A stretch of 64,000 nucleotides of DNA from the IMG/VR virus record IMGVR_UViG_3300046170_000173; one strand, given 5' to 3'. Origin of the DNA: a virus. Below, one piece after another: positions 50,699 through 60,611 of this stretch. The notes beneath the pieces are model-generated. The model ran no database searches, was not told the origin of the DNA, and saw only the letters and a list, made by a program, of their open reading frames with translations. The translations under genes and the position numbers were made by a program. The number at the start of each line of letters is the position of its first letter. Positions within the stretch are counted from its first letter, which is position 1.

Positions 50699-51095
50699 TC
50701 TAGTTCAGTGGAACTCAGAGATGATGTTAGAGATCACCCTAGCAGAACCTGATGATTTCCTAAAAGTTAGAGAAACCCTTACCAGAATAGGAGTTGCATC
50801 AAGACGCGACAACACCCTATTTCAATCGTGCCATATCCTACATAAACAGGGTAGGTACTTTATCGTCCATTTTAAGGAGTTGTTTTTACTGGACGGCAAA
50901 AAGTCAAACTTAGAAACGACGGACATGGAACGTCGTAACACGATCGCAACCCTTCTACAGGATTGGGGTCTGGTATCAATCGTAAACCCAGAAGTTGCAC
51001 AAGATTGCGCTCCTATGCGACAGATCAAAATAATTTCGTATAAGGAAAAGTCAAAGTGGAATCTGCAACCGAAATACAACATCGGTAATAACTAA
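50685..51095 (+). CDS. regA: Translational repressor RegA
   Basis: DDFLKVRETLTRIG, QSCHILHKQGRYFIVHFKELF. Confidence 0.95.
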   Translation: MEENNLVQWNSEMMLEITLAEPDDFLKVRETLTRIGVASRRDNTLFQSCHILHKQGRYFIVHFKELFLLDGKKSNLETTDMERRNTIATLLQDWGLVSIVNPEVAQDCAPMRQIKIISYKEKSKWNLQPKYNIGNN

Positions 51096-51637
51096 TGGCG
51101 AAAGAATATTATGACATTTTTGAAGGTCGCGAAGACAATATTCGCGACAAAGTCCCATTCATAGGTCGACTTCCTTTTGATATGGAGTCGAACTATGGGT
51201 GGACGCAGTTCATGGAAATGATGGACTCGCATCCAGATGACCTATACGATCGTAACTCAGATAAGATGCGTATTGGTCTTAATGCTTTTCATTCTCGCGG
51301 CAGTGCGCCAGAGTTTGCAAAGAACATTTACGAAGAAATGCAAGAAGTATTTTCACTTCACGAAAACAAGATCACTAACATTGCGTTTAGTGGATTTGGT
51401 CGTGCTAGTGGATCTTATCCTTGGCATAAGGATTCGATGGACGTATTCTTGGTTCAGGTTATCTCTACCGTGGGTCTCAAAGTAGAACACATTAATAACG
51501 AGGAACCTTTTGATTTCGAGCCAGGCATGTTCGTCTATTTGCCAAGGGGAACCCATCACCAAGTATTCCCAAGGGTGTCTCGTGTTTCTTTCTCGTTCGG
51601 TGTGGAGGGTGATCCGGACCCATCAAAATACTACTAA
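51095..51637 (+). CDS. JmjC/cupin-like 2OG oxygenase
   Basis: WHKDSMDVFLVQ, PGMFVYLPRGTHH, RVSFSF. Confidence 0.7.
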   Translation: MAKEYYDIFEGREDNIRDKVPFIGRLPFDMESNYGWTQFMEMMDSHPDDLYDRNSDKMRIGLNAFHSRGSAPEFAKNIYEEMQEVFSLHENKITNIAFSGFGRASGSYPWHKDSMDVFLVQVISTVGLKVEHINNEEPFDFEPGMFVYLPRGTHHQVFPRVSRVSFSFGVEGDPDPSKYY

Positions 51638-51647
51638 GGAAATTCTC

Positions 51648-51893
51648 ATGTCTGGTAAAAACGTTGTATCGTTATCAGAGGTCTTGAAAAAAAAACAGGA
51701 TAAAGAGAAAGAACTTGAAATGTATCGAAGACATCTCACAATGATCGAAGACCGCATGGCCTTTCTAGAGATGGATCGAAAAGTTACGACGGAAATCATC
51801 GAGATGATCGAAAACGATGCCGTCGTAGTCGTTGATGATTCTCTACCTATTATACGTTTAGATGATGACGACTATGATGACCTAGATGATTGA
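51648..51893 (+). CDS. Hypothetical coiled-coil protein
   Basis: ATG at 51648 after AAGGA RBS, within ORF 51510-51893. Confidence 0.65.
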   Translation: MSGKNVVSLSEVLKKKQDKEKELEMYRRHLTMIEDRMAFLEMDRKVTTEIIEMIENDAVVVVDDSLPIIRLDDDDYDDLDD

Positions 51894-52012
51894 ATAGTGA
51901 CATATTCACACGTCTAGTGTTACCTTTATACTCATAACGAGTATATATACTATCGACCTGCCACATAAGTGGGGGTTATTTTAAACTTGCTTAAAACTAA
52001 GGAGTTAGCAAC

Positions 52013-52498
52013 ATGACATTAACAGCAAAACAACTGTTCCCACGTTCAGCATTCGTCGGATTTGATACTATGATCGACGAACTAGACAGGGTCGCACGAC
52101 ACTCGGGTGATACGTTCCCCCCGCATAATATTCTAAAGACGGGAGAGGATCAATACCTAATCGAGTTAGCCGTCGCCGGTTTCACGGAAGACGAACTCGA
52201 AATCGAAGTAAAGAACCGAACACTTAGCATTCGAGGGTCTGTAAACGACACTAGAGAGTATATTCATAAAGGCATTTCGACGAAAAGATTTGAACGTCAG
52301 TTCCGTCTGTCGGAGTATGTTGAAGTAATGGGAGCTGATTTCAGGAACGGATTACTAGCCATTTCATTGGAAGTAATAATCCCTGAAAGTCAGAAGCCTC
52401 GTAAAGTAGCAATTAATTCGGGCGTCACTTATCAATCGACCCCGCAACTTTTAAACGAGGAGAACAACAATGGAGAAGAGCAACCGAGCCAACTCTAG
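52013..52498 (+). CDS. Small heat-shock protein Hsp20/IbpA
   Basis: FPPHNI, IELAVAGF, YIHKGISTKRFERQFRL, NGLL. Confidence 0.92.
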   Translation: MTLTAKQLFPRSAFVGFDTMIDELDRVARHSGDTFPPHNILKTGEDQYLIELAVAGFTEDELEIEVKNRTLSIRGSVNDTREYIHKGISTKRFERQFRLSEYVEVMGADFRNGLLAISLEVIIPESQKPRKVAINSGVTYQSTPQLLNEENNNGEEQPSQL

Positions 52499-52577
52499 GT
52501 TAGAAGAGATGGGTTGGATGTTCGCAGGACTATCAAGCGTATTCGTGGTAGCCGTCTGTGTCCAACAACTAATGTAA
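52470..52577 (+). CDS. 35-aa single-TM peptide (not in ORF track)
   Basis: GAGGAG RBS; MEKSNRANSRLEEMGWMFAGLSSVFVVAVCVQQLM; ends just before a terminator. Confidence 0.45.
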   Translation: MEKSNRANSRLEEMGWMFAGLSSVFVVAVCVQQLM

Positions 52578-52582
52578 TAAAT

Positions 52583-52607
52583 AAGGGAACTTCGGTTCCC
52601 TTTTTTT
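52583..52607 (+). terminator. Rho-independent terminator (CUUCGG loop)
   Basis: GGGAAC-TTCG-GTTCCC-T7. Confidence 0.85.
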
Positions 52608-52613
52608 ATGTGT

Positions 52614-53321
52614 ATGAACTACGATATCGACAAATTTAATGAATGTGGTTACGTTATAGTCACTGACTTTATGGATGAGACACATCACTGGCGTCTCAAT
52701 ATGGAGTGTGATATGTATCGTGAGTTTGCTTGCGGATTGGTTCGCAACGATCACGGGTGGATATTGAATTCTCCAAATAACCCCTGTAAACTAGACGGTG
52801 CTATGATGCGCAGTCATATCTTTCGAGATCTAGCCTCTAATGAGACATTGGTGTCTACCGCCCAACAATTATTGGACATCGAAGATCTCGACACCTACAT
52901 ATCTAAGTTTTTTCCTATGGTACCCAGAGAGGGATTCTCTGTTGGATGGCACCAAGACAACCACTACATTCGTGCAAACGCAAAACGACTAGTCAGTTGT
53001 GACGTATTCGTTAACGGCGCGGACAAGGAAAATGGATGTCTGAGAGTCGTCGCTGGATCTCATAACCGAACCTTCCTACATAACGATAAATCGCATGATG
53101 CGTTCCGATGGATTCATGTTGATGAGTCTGAAATGGACATAACCGACATCGAGTTAGACAAACCATTCGCTGTGTTCTTCCACGTGGATCTGGTACACGG
53201 TTGTTATAGAAACAAAAGTGACAGACATAGGTACAGTATTGCGTGGGAATACATACAGAGAGGGTATGTCCCACAAACACATAAAGATCACCAATCACAA
53301 GACAGGCTCCCCGTACTATGA
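52614..53321 (+). CDS. PhyH-family 2OG-Fe(II) dioxygenase
   Basis: GYVIV, WHQD, NGCLRVVAGSH, FFH..LVHG..N.S...R. Confidence 0.85.
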   Translation: MNYDIDKFNECGYVIVTDFMDETHHWRLNMECDMYREFACGLVRNDHGWILNSPNNPCKLDGAMMRSHIFRDLASNETLVSTAQQLLDIEDLDTYISKFFPMVPREGFSVGWHQDNHYIRANAKRLVSCDVFVNGADKENGCLRVVAGSHNRTFLHNDKSHDAFRWIHVDESEMDITDIELDKPFAVFFHVDLVHGCYRNKSDRHRYSIAWEYIQRGYVPQTHKDHQSQDRLPVL

Positions 53322-54127
53322 AAGTAGTCCAGATCGTCATAAAGGGAAACAAAGTATCCGAAGAATATGCAGCACTCTCGCAGTATTCATTCGAACGCGC
53401 CTTGCGTGAGGGATATATTGATTCTATAGAACATTTCGATGCAATCACCCCAGAGTCTGAAGACTTCCAAGAACACGTAGACCGATACACATGGTCTCGT
53501 AGTTTGATGACACTGGACAATAAGAAGTTCGGTCAACCAAAGGACGACCACTCCCCTACAGAGAAGGCGGGGATGTGTTCTCACTGGGAGATCATGCGTC
53601 AGTGTGCGGTTAGCGGTGAACGCGTGTGGGTCATCGAACATGACACGTGGATGTTAGAAGAACGATACGAGTCCTTTAAGGCTCTGGTAACTCTAACACC
53701 CGAAACTCTCTATGCAAACATTGGACTGTTCATGGGTATGTATTCTCTCGACCCAAGATTCTGTCACTGGGCGTATCACATGTTGACTACCAATGACTTT
53801 CCGATAAACTGCGGTCCTTACTGTGTTCTTCAACGTCTTTTCAGAACATACACCACAAATCACCTATCACATCCGGATATTAATTACTACGGAAAGCACG
53901 TTACTTCTTTACACCCATGGCATAACTGTGATACTATAGGCGTTGGTCGTGAAATTGGGAAGTTCTTTAATACAAATGATCCATTGGATAAATCACACGG
54001 GTTGCCTACGCCCACAACTCAGGTTGTTTCGAAAAGACTCGCTGTCACTCAGGAACATCACAGTTACAAACAGCAGTTACAAGACGAACCTTGGAAGAGG
54101 CATAAATTTTTTCACGTTATTGATTGA
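53318..54127 (+). CDS. Putative glycosyltransferase (GT25-like)
   Basis: FDAITP, EKAGMCSHWEI, VWVIEHD. Confidence 0.55.
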   Translation: MKVVQIVIKGNKVSEEYAALSQYSFERALREGYIDSIEHFDAITPESEDFQEHVDRYTWSRSLMTLDNKKFGQPKDDHSPTEKAGMCSHWEIMRQCAVSGERVWVIEHDTWMLEERYESFKALVTLTPETLYANIGLFMGMYSLDPRFCHWAYHMLTTNDFPINCGPYCVLQRLFRTYTTNHLSHPDINYYGKHVTSLHPWHNCDTIGVGREIGKFFNTNDPLDKSHGLPTPTTQVVSKRLAVTQEHHSYKQQLQDEPWKRHKFFHVID

Positions 54128-54152
54128 CATAGCCTTTACAATGGGGTATAAT
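54124..54152 (+). promoter_or_regulatory. Sigma70-type promoter for gp43
   Basis: TTGACA-17-TATAAT, 7 nt before ATG 54160. Confidence 0.75.
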
Positions 54153-54159
54153 GCGTCCC

Positions 54160-56631
54160 ATGAGTAAATTTTATACATCCGTGTTGCGAATGGGCAACAA
54201 CATACTGTATCGCGGTTACGACAACGGTCGTCAAATTAAACTGCGCGTACCCTTCAAACCCAAACTCTATGTTACCGGAAACTCTCCGTCAGACTGGAGA
54301 ACCCTAGACGGCACTTCCGTGATGGAAATGCAGTTTGACTCGATGAAGGAGGCTACGGAATTCACCAAACAGTATCGAGATGTCTCCAACTTCAAGGTCT
54401 ACGGTATGACCAACTACGCGATGCAGTTCATCGCGGAGACCTTCCCTAACGACATCAAGTTCGATCGCGAACAGGTTCGGGTACTTAACATCGATATTGA
54501 GGTCGCGTCCGACCAAGGGTTCCCATCACCAGACATTGCGGAACATCCGATAATTTCTATCTCAATACGCAACAACGATGGTATGTATTGGGTCTGGGGG
54601 CTCAACGACTACACGCCCACGCGCGAGGATGTTCTGTTTATCAAGTGCGACAACGAGGATGATCTACTGCGTAAGTTTGTAGACCACTGGGTCACCTACT
54701 CACCCGATATCATCACCGGATGGAACACACGATTCTTCGATATCCCCTACATCGTCAACCGATGTTACCGAATGTATGGTGACGACACGTTAGTAAAACG
54801 TCTCTCACCTTGGGGTGCGGTGCGTGAACGTGTACAGAAGATCAATGGGCGTGACAATCAAGAATATATCATTGAGGGTGTCGAACATCTCGACTATCTT
54901 GAGGTCTTCAAGAAATTCACCCTGAACACTTTGGGACAACAAGAGTCATATCGACTTGACCATATCGCCCACGTCGTCCTAGACGAACGCAAACTCTCAT
55001 ATGAGGAACACGGAAACCTACACACTCTCTATCGTGAGGACTACCAGAAGTTTATTGACTACAACGTCAAAGACGTGGAGTTGGTACACAAACTCGATGA
55101 GAAACTCGACCTTATTTCTCTGGTTCTGACTATGGCGTATCGCGGTGGTGTGAACTACGGAGACACCTTGGGTACCACGAACATTTGGGACTCGATCATC
55201 TATCGACTTCTGAATAAGAACAAGATCGCAATCCCACCCAAGACCGAAAAACCGAAGACTCCATATCCAGGCGGTTATGTTAAAGAACCACAGGTAGGAT
55301 CGCATGAATGGGTCACCTCGTTCGACTTGAACTCTCTATACCCGAACATCATTGTTCAGTATAACATGTCTCCAGAGACCGTTATGGACGGTCTGGTGGA
55401 CGTATCGGTAGAGTCTTTCCTTGATGGTCAACAGATACAAGGTGAAGGATATTCCCTCGCGCCCACGGGTGTGCGATTCTCTCACGAACGCAAAGGTGTG
55501 ATCCCGCAGATCATTGAACAGTACTATGCAGAACGTCGGATCATCAAGGATCAGATGCTCAAGTTGGATCAAGAGTATCAGAACAATCCGTCCAAGTCTC
55601 TTCAGTACAAGATCACATCACTAAACAACCAACAGATGGCGATCAAGATCCTAATGAACTCACTCTATGGTGCGTTGGGTAACAAGTGGTTCCGTTACTT
55701 TGATCAACGGGTCGCCGAGTCTATCACGATGGCAGGTCAGTTGGCAATCAAATGGGCAGAGAGGGCCGTTAATAATGAAATGCAAAAAATACTTGAAACA
55801 GAAGAAGACTATGTGGTGGCAATTGATACGGACTCTGTTTATATTAGGATGGGGTGCCTTGTTGACAAGTTTGCTCCTAAAAATCCAGTAAAGTTTTTAG
55901 ACAATATTTGCCGAGAACACTTTGAAAAAACACTTGATGAGTCATACGCAAAGATGGCAGAGATCACAGGTGCATATGTCAACCGCATGGAGATGGGTCG
56001 TGAGGTTATCGCAGATCGTGGGATTTGGATGGCGAAGAAACGATACATCCTAAACGTCCACAACAATGAAGGTGTCCAGTACACAGAACCTAAACTCAAG
56101 ATGATGGGTATCGAAGCGATCAAATCTTCCACTCCGCAGGTCGTCCGTGATAAGTTCAAGGAGATCTTCCGCGTCATTGTGGAGGGTACTGAGACTGACA
56201 CTCAAGGATATATTCGAGACTTCCGGTCCCACTTCAAGACTCTGCCTCCCGAAGATGTGTCTTTCCCTCGTGGTGTTTCCAACCTTGATAAGTGGATCGA
56301 CCGTGAACATGTTTTTAAGAAATCATGCCCGATTCACGTGCGTGGCGCGTTGACCTATAACAACGCGATCAAACAGAACGATCTCACCACACGTTATGAA
56401 AACGTGACGACCGGAACCAAGATCAAGTTCTGTTACCTCAAACTGCCTAACCGATTGGGACAGAACGTCGTATCGTTCCCTCTCAATCTACCCCCTGAAC
56501 TCGGTCTACACAAGTTCGTAGACTATGACATGATGTTCGACAAGACCTTCCTTGACCCACTGGAACCGATCCTTGATGCGGTCGGGTGGAAGGCAGAACC
56601 AGCCGCAACCCTTGAGGACTTTTTTGGATGA
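54160..56631 (+). CDS. gp43: Family B DNA polymerase gp43
   Basis: DIEV exonuclease motif, [30 protein letters not shown]; C-terminal clamp peptide LEDFFG. Confidence 0.97.
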   Translation: MSKFYTSVLRMGNNILYRGYDNGRQIKLRVPFKPKLYVTGNSPSDWRTLDGTSVMEMQFDSMKEATEFTKQYRDVSNFKVYGMTNYAMQFIAETFPNDIKFDREQVRVLNIDIEVASDQGFPSPDIAEHPIISISIRNNDGMYWVWGLNDYTPTREDVLFIKCDNEDDLLRKFVDHWVTYSPDIITGWNTRFFDIPYIVNRCYRMYGDDTLVKRLSPWGAVRERVQKINGRDNQEYIIEGVEHLDYLEVFKKFTLNTLGQQESYRLDHIAHVVLDERKLSYEEHGNLHTLYREDYQKFIDYNVKDVELVHKLDEKLDLISLVLTMAYRGGVNYGDTLGTTNIWDSIIYRLLNKNKIAIPPKTEKPKTPYPGGYVKEPQVGSHEWVTSFDLNSLYPNIIVQYNMSPETVMDGLVDVSVESFLDGQQIQGEGYSLAPTGVRFSHERKGVIPQIIEQYYAERRIIKDQMLKLDQEYQNNPSKSLQYKITSLNNQQMAIKILMNSLYGALGNKWFRYFDQRVAESITMAGQLAIKWAERAVNNEMQKILETEEDYVVAIDTDSVYIRMGCLVDKFAPKNPVKFLDNICREHFEKTLDESYAKMAEITGAYVNRMEMGREVIADRGIWMAKKRYILNVHNNEGVQYTEPKLKMMGIEAIKSSTPQVVRDKFKEIFRVIVEGTETDTQGYIRDFRSHFKTLPPEDVSFPRGVSNLDKWIDREHVFKKSCPIHVRGALTYNNAIKQNDLTTRYENVTTGTKIKFCYLKLPNRLGQNVVSFPLNLPPELGLHKFVDYDMMFDKTFLDPLEPILDAVGWKAEPAATLEDFFG

Positions 56632-56996
56632 TTACTGATTTCTGTGTAATATGTGGTACGAAGGATGATCTTCACGTCCACCATATTGTTTGTAAAAAAA
56701 GTGTACTGAAACCTGTATCTGGCGATTATGATGACCCTACAAATCTGATAACTCTTTGTGTCGAACATCATGGGTGGATACATGGTTTGAAACCTAATAG
56801 ATTCAATAACCACCATAATCTAACAAGAAATGGTGTAGAGAGAGCAAAAAAGGAAGGAAAATATAAAGGACGCGCACCAACTGCGAGAAAGTTGGGTAAC
56901 CGCATTCAAGAACTGCATCTCGGAGGAATGAAACCCTCTGCAATTGCAAAGGAACTCAATATCGGAGTTGCGTCGGTTTATCGATATAGAACCTAA
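56628..56996 (+). CDS. HNH endonuclease with C-terminal HTH
   Basis: CVICG..DDLHVHH...[10 protein letters not shown]; YKGR...[15 protein letters not shown]. Confidence 0.8.
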   Translation: MITDFCVICGTKDDLHVHHIVCKKSVLKPVSGDYDDPTNLITLCVEHHGWIHGLKPNRFNNHHNLTRNGVERAKKEGKYKGRAPTARKLGNRIQELHLGGMKPSAIAKELNIGVASVYRYRT

Positions 56997-57034
56997 AAAT
57001 GGGAATATTACCATAAAAAAGTTTTAAAAAAGTG

Positions 57035-57062
57035 TTGACTTTCTCTCATCCTTTGGTATAAT
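57035..57062 (+). promoter_or_regulatory. Early promoter cassette copy 1
   Basis: TTGACT-16-TATAAT; near-identical to 57864-57891. Confidence 0.7.
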
Positions 57063-57089
57063 GGGTACATAAAGTGATGAGAGATGATT

Positions 57090-57257
57090 ATGACTTACGA
57101 AGAAAAGATTGCAATGTACGATGAGAAGCTGAAGTACGAAGTGTGCCCGATGCGCATTCGTCAACTTGAGGGTCGAAAGTACACTTTGATGTTCGAAGAA
57201 GTTGAACGCCGCCTCAACGAGTTTGTTGGTCCTAAGATGGAGATCCCACTGCAATGA
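57090..57257 (+). CDS. 55-aa hypothetical early protein (not in ORF track)
   Basis: MTYEEKIAMYDEKLKYEVCP...; follows the promoter and GAGAG RBS; ATGA overlap with the next gene. Confidence 0.55.
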   Translation: MTYEEKIAMYDEKLKYEVCPMRIRQLEGRKYTLMFEEVERRLNEFVGPKMEIPLQ

Positions 57258-57832
57258 ATGTAACAAAGTCACAGATAGAACAATATGGTAAAGTGTTTAA
57301 GGATAGGTCGAATTCTTTCGATGATTGTGGAGACTTAGACCTCTTCATTCATCGTCATTTAAGAAACAACTCCTACTTCAGAGAATATATCACTTCCATT
57401 GTGGGAGAAATGTCCTTGACTGTCGGTCGTCATGTAGATGGTCAAATGGGTGTTGATTTGTCATTATTTAACCATGATACCGGAGAGCGCGTTCTCGATA
57501 TTGATCTTGAACGATGGAATGCATGGGGCACTGAGTGGCCAACTAACTATCGTTGGATACACGTCTTGGGTAGAAAGACAAAGTATGTTGAGTCCAATGT
57601 CCCTTTTTTATTCTGTCCCATGAGTCAAAATCGGGATCGTTTTTTAGTTGTTGATACCAAAGTGATCAAAAAGTATCCAGTTAAGAACAAGTATTTTGTC
57701 GGTAAAGGTCATAGTGATAATGTTCGAGAAGTACCAATGACTCAGGGATACATCTTTGGGTCGTATACTCTGAGAGAAAAGTCGCTTTTTAAGACTTGGA
57801 CAGAGACAGTAAATCTCTTCTCTATAATGTGA
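57254..57832 (+). CDS. Hypothetical protein (possible PD-(D/E)xK-like)
   Basis: 192 aa; GVDL...DIDLER weakly nuclease-like. Confidence 0.55.
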   Translation: MNVTKSQIEQYGKVFKDRSNSFDDCGDLDLFIHRHLRNNSYFREYITSIVGEMSLTVGRHVDGQMGVDLSLFNHDTGERVLDIDLERWNAWGTEWPTNYRWIHVLGRKTKYVESNVPFLFCPMSQNRDRFLVVDTKVIKKYPVKNKYFVGKGHSDNVREVPMTQGYIFGSYTLREKSLFKTWTETVNLFSIM

Positions 57833-57863
57833 CTTATTACCTAAAAAAAGTCACGTTTAAGTG

Positions 57864-57891
57864 TTGACTTTCTCTCATACTTTGGTATAAT
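57864..57891 (+). promoter_or_regulatory. Early promoter cassette copy 2
   Basis: TTGACT-16-TATAAT preceded by GTGACTT...AAGTCAC inverted repeat. Confidence 0.7.
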
Positions 57892-57920
57892 GGTTACATA
57901 AAGTCATGAGAGAGGTTGTT

Positions 57921-58106
57921 ATGGGATACAGAATTTTGAACATTTCAGATGAAACCCGCGAGAAGTATCAAGAGCGTGTGGGTCTGGAAGGTCCGTTTTT
58001 CTATGACGGTGATAGAGTCTTATATTATGATGCACGTGAAGGTGCCTATCTCGATCCCACTACCGACATGTACTTAACCTATGATGAATATCAGGAGTTT
58101 GTGTAA
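57921..58106 (+). CDS. Hypothetical protein
   Basis: GLEGPF...VLYYDAREGAYLDPTTDMY; GAGG RBS. Confidence 0.65.
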   Translation: MGYRILNISDETREKYQERVGLEGPFFYDGDRVLYYDAREGAYLDPTTDMYLTYDEYQEFV

Positions 58107-58627
58107 TGAGTAATTCAATTATTGTTGTTATCGCCACTCAGTTTCGTGAGAACTACGGTGCCCACGATTGGGACGGTGAGGGTTACTGCCCTCAACACTG
58201 GAAGTCTAAGGGTGGCGACACCTACTTCATTAACGCGTCGGCGGATGATATCGCCAACACTCAGTGGTGGGTCGACGTTGAGCGTTCTATCGAGCACTCA
58301 TCTGCATACTCTGAGGAGTACATCATCTCTGAGTCGGTCGTCGATCTTATCGACTTCCGTGAGGAAGACCACATCGAGTTCTGGGAGTCCGCGATCTACG
58401 CGTCGGTAGACTTCGGTCAGTTGTACTGCGAGAAGAAGGCACTCAACTTCGAGAACGAGGTTGTCGGTGTCCGTCGATGGGAACAGGACTCTATGGGTAA
58501 GGACGCATGTTCTCTCACGGACCTTGATGAACCTGTGCGCGAGGAATGGCGCGTCAAGAAAGAGATGGGTATGTATGGTGTCGAAGAACAGTTCGATGAA
58601 ATAGAGTCTTTACTGGGAGCCGCATAA
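58106..58627 (+). CDS. Hypothetical protein
   Basis: TQFRENYGAHDWDGEG.CPQHWKSKGG; AGGAG RBS. Confidence 0.7.
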   Translation: MSNSIIVVIATQFRENYGAHDWDGEGYCPQHWKSKGGDTYFINASADDIANTQWWVDVERSIEHSSAYSEEYIISESVVDLIDFREEDHIEFWESAIYASVDFGQLYCEKKALNFENEVVGVRRWEQDSMGKDACSLTDLDEPVREEWRVKKEMGMYGVEEQFDEIESLLGAA

Positions 58628-58632
58628 TCTTC

Positions 58633-58661
58633 TTGACACCAGAGGCTATATACTGTATACT
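58633..58661 (+). promoter_or_regulatory. Sigma70-type promoter for the MTase-CmoA pair
   Basis: TTGACA-17-TATACT. Confidence 0.7.
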
Positions 58662-58685
58662 AGTCGAAAATAGTAAAGGTATATT

Positions 58686-59834
58686 ATGAATTACTCCCCA
58701 TACACATTACAGGATGTCTATGACGCGGCATCCCAGAAAAAGTTCAACGTCATCTCCACCTTCGCCGGTGGGGGTGGTTCGTCTACAGGTTATCGCCTTG
58801 CGGGAGGAGACATCCTCGCTATCAATGAGTTTGTTGAAGAGGCACGAAACACCTATCAGGATAACTACCCAACAACACCCATTGTACCGGACGATATTAA
58901 AGAGTTAACCGGACAAACCTTCCTTGATCTTACAGGTCTCAAAAAAGGTGAACTGGATATCTTAGATGGATCACCGCCCTGTTCCGCATTCTCTGTTGCG
59001 GGTAAACTGTCACATTCATCTGACGGTAAACACTCAGATGGTTGGGGCCAGACCAAGACCTATTCGGACGGCAAGGTTGTCGAGAATATCGAAGATCTGT
59101 TCTTTGAGTTCTTGCGTGTCGCGAACGACATTCAACCCAAGGTTATCGTTGCAGAGAATGTGAAAGGTCTCACTGTCGGTGAGGCGAAAGAGTATTACAA
59201 TCGTATCCTGAATGAGTTTGAGAACATCGGGTACGAGGTCGTATCTGAAGTTATGGATTCACGCTACTACGGAGTATCGCAAACACGTACACGTGTGATC
59301 TTTATTGCAGTACGCAACGACGTTGCGGAAGAGGTGGGTCTTAATTTTTTGACAATGAACCACTTATTTCCTGCCCCATCGCGTGAGGTCATCCCGTTAA
59401 AGAACGCTCTAGTTAATCTGGAGTACGATGAAGATGAGGTAAAGGAACTAACAGAAAAGTTTGAAAGAACCGCATACTGGAAACAAACGGGATCTCAGAT
59501 GCCCACATATCCAGACAAAGTACTGACGGGTATGGACTATCATCCGAAGGGTCATCACTTCAATTTAAAACGTGTATCACTTGAGGTGCCTGCACCAACA
59601 CTAACCGCGATGGGTAATGGTAACTCGACTGCGGGTGCATTCCATTGGGCAGAACCAAGGAAGTTGACACTCGGCGAATTAAAGCGTATAATGTCTCTAC
59701 CAGATGATTTTAAACTTACGGGTAAGTGGAACCAGAAGGCAGAACGCATCGGACGCATGGTGCCTCCGTTGATGATGAAGTCGGTGGCAGAATCCGTATA
59801 TGAGAACGTGTTGAAGGTATACAATGAAAGATAG
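58686..59834 (+). CDS. C5-cytosine DNA methyltransferase-fold enzyme, probable carboxymethyltransferase
   Basis: Motif I FAGGGG, IV GSPPCSAFS, VI ENVKGL, VIII QTRTRVIF, IX RKLT..ELKRIMSLPDDF, X IGRMVPP (canonical GN is GR here). Confidence 0.85.
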   Translation: MNYSPYTLQDVYDAASQKKFNVISTFAGGGGSSTGYRLAGGDILAINEFVEEARNTYQDNYPTTPIVPDDIKELTGQTFLDLTGLKKGELDILDGSPPCSAFSVAGKLSHSSDGKHSDGWGQTKTYSDGKVVENIEDLFFEFLRVANDIQPKVIVAENVKGLTVGEAKEYYNRILNEFENIGYEVVSEVMDSRYYGVSQTRTRVIFIAVRNDVAEEVGLNFLTMNHLFPAPSREVIPLKNALVNLEYDEDEVKELTEKFERTAYWKQTGSQMPTYPDKVLTGMDYHPKGHHFNLKRVSLEVPAPTLTAMGNGNSTAGAFHWAEPRKLTLGELKRIMSLPDDFKLTGKWNQKAERIGRMVPPLMMKSVAESVYENVLKVYNER

Positions 59835-60546
59835 AGAGAGTTATAACAAACCAGACTTTAGTTTTGCCCACCGTGAGGAAGGATTCGATAATCACATCGA
59901 AAACTCGATTCGTGGTTACAGTAATCTACATCATGATGTCATAAAGTTATCCGAATACTTCGTCGAGGATCTAACCGACGTTGTCGACATCGGTTGTTCG
60001 ACGGGTAAGACTATCTACGAAATGATGAAACAGAACAATCGATTCGCACCTCTAGCACATTACTCTGGTATTGAGTACGCATCCGGATTTGTTGATGATA
60101 TGAATGCTCGTCACAAGCAGATTGATAATGAGGGTCTGGGTGATGTAGACTTTCATAACATGGACGTGCGTAACGCATCATTTGCAAACTGTTCTCTTAT
60201 CACTTCTCTGTTCACTTTACAGTTCATGCCCCCTCATTCACGACGTGACTTGATGAAGAAAATATATCACGGTCTGAACACAGGTGGCGCTTTCATATTT
60301 GCAGAGAAGACTATGGCGAGAGATGCTCGTCTTCAGGAAATCATGACGTTTCAATTCTATGACCATAAGTCTAAGAACTTTGAGGCGGAAGACTTGTTAT
60401 CAAAAGAACGGGAACTCCGCTCAATGATGAAATGTTGTACTTGGAGGGAATTGCACTCACTTTGCATGACCGCAGGGTTTGACTCTACGAAGATCCAACC
60501 ATTCTGGCAGAACCATCTATTTGTCGGTGCAATCGCCATCAAATAA
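59824..60546 (+). CDS. cmoA: CmoA-like carboxy-SAM synthase
   Basis: FDNHIENSIRGY, VDIGCSTG, LFTLQF, IYHGLNTGGAFIFAEK, FWQNHLFVGAIAIK match the CmoA layout. Confidence 0.75.
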   Translation: MKDRESYNKPDFSFAHREEGFDNHIENSIRGYSNLHHDVIKLSEYFVEDLTDVVDIGCSTGKTIYEMMKQNNRFAPLAHYSGIEYASGFVDDMNARHKQIDNEGLGDVDFHNMDVRNASFANCSLITSLFTLQFMPPHSRRDLMKKIYHGLNTGGAFIFAEKTMARDARLQEIMTFQFYDHKSKNFEAEDLLSKERELRSMMKCCTWRELHSLCMTAGFDSTKIQPFWQNHLFVGAIAIK

Positions 60547-60583
60547 ATGTGACTAATTACCAAAAATAAGTCACGATTAGCTG

Positions 60584-60611
60584 TTGACAATTCCGTCAGA
60601 TTTAGTATAAT
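60584..60611 (+). promoter_or_regulatory. Early promoter cassette copy 3
   Basis: TTGACA-16-TATAAT, same TGGTTACATAAA.TGATGAGAG leader and upstream GTGACT..AGTCAC. Confidence 0.7.
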
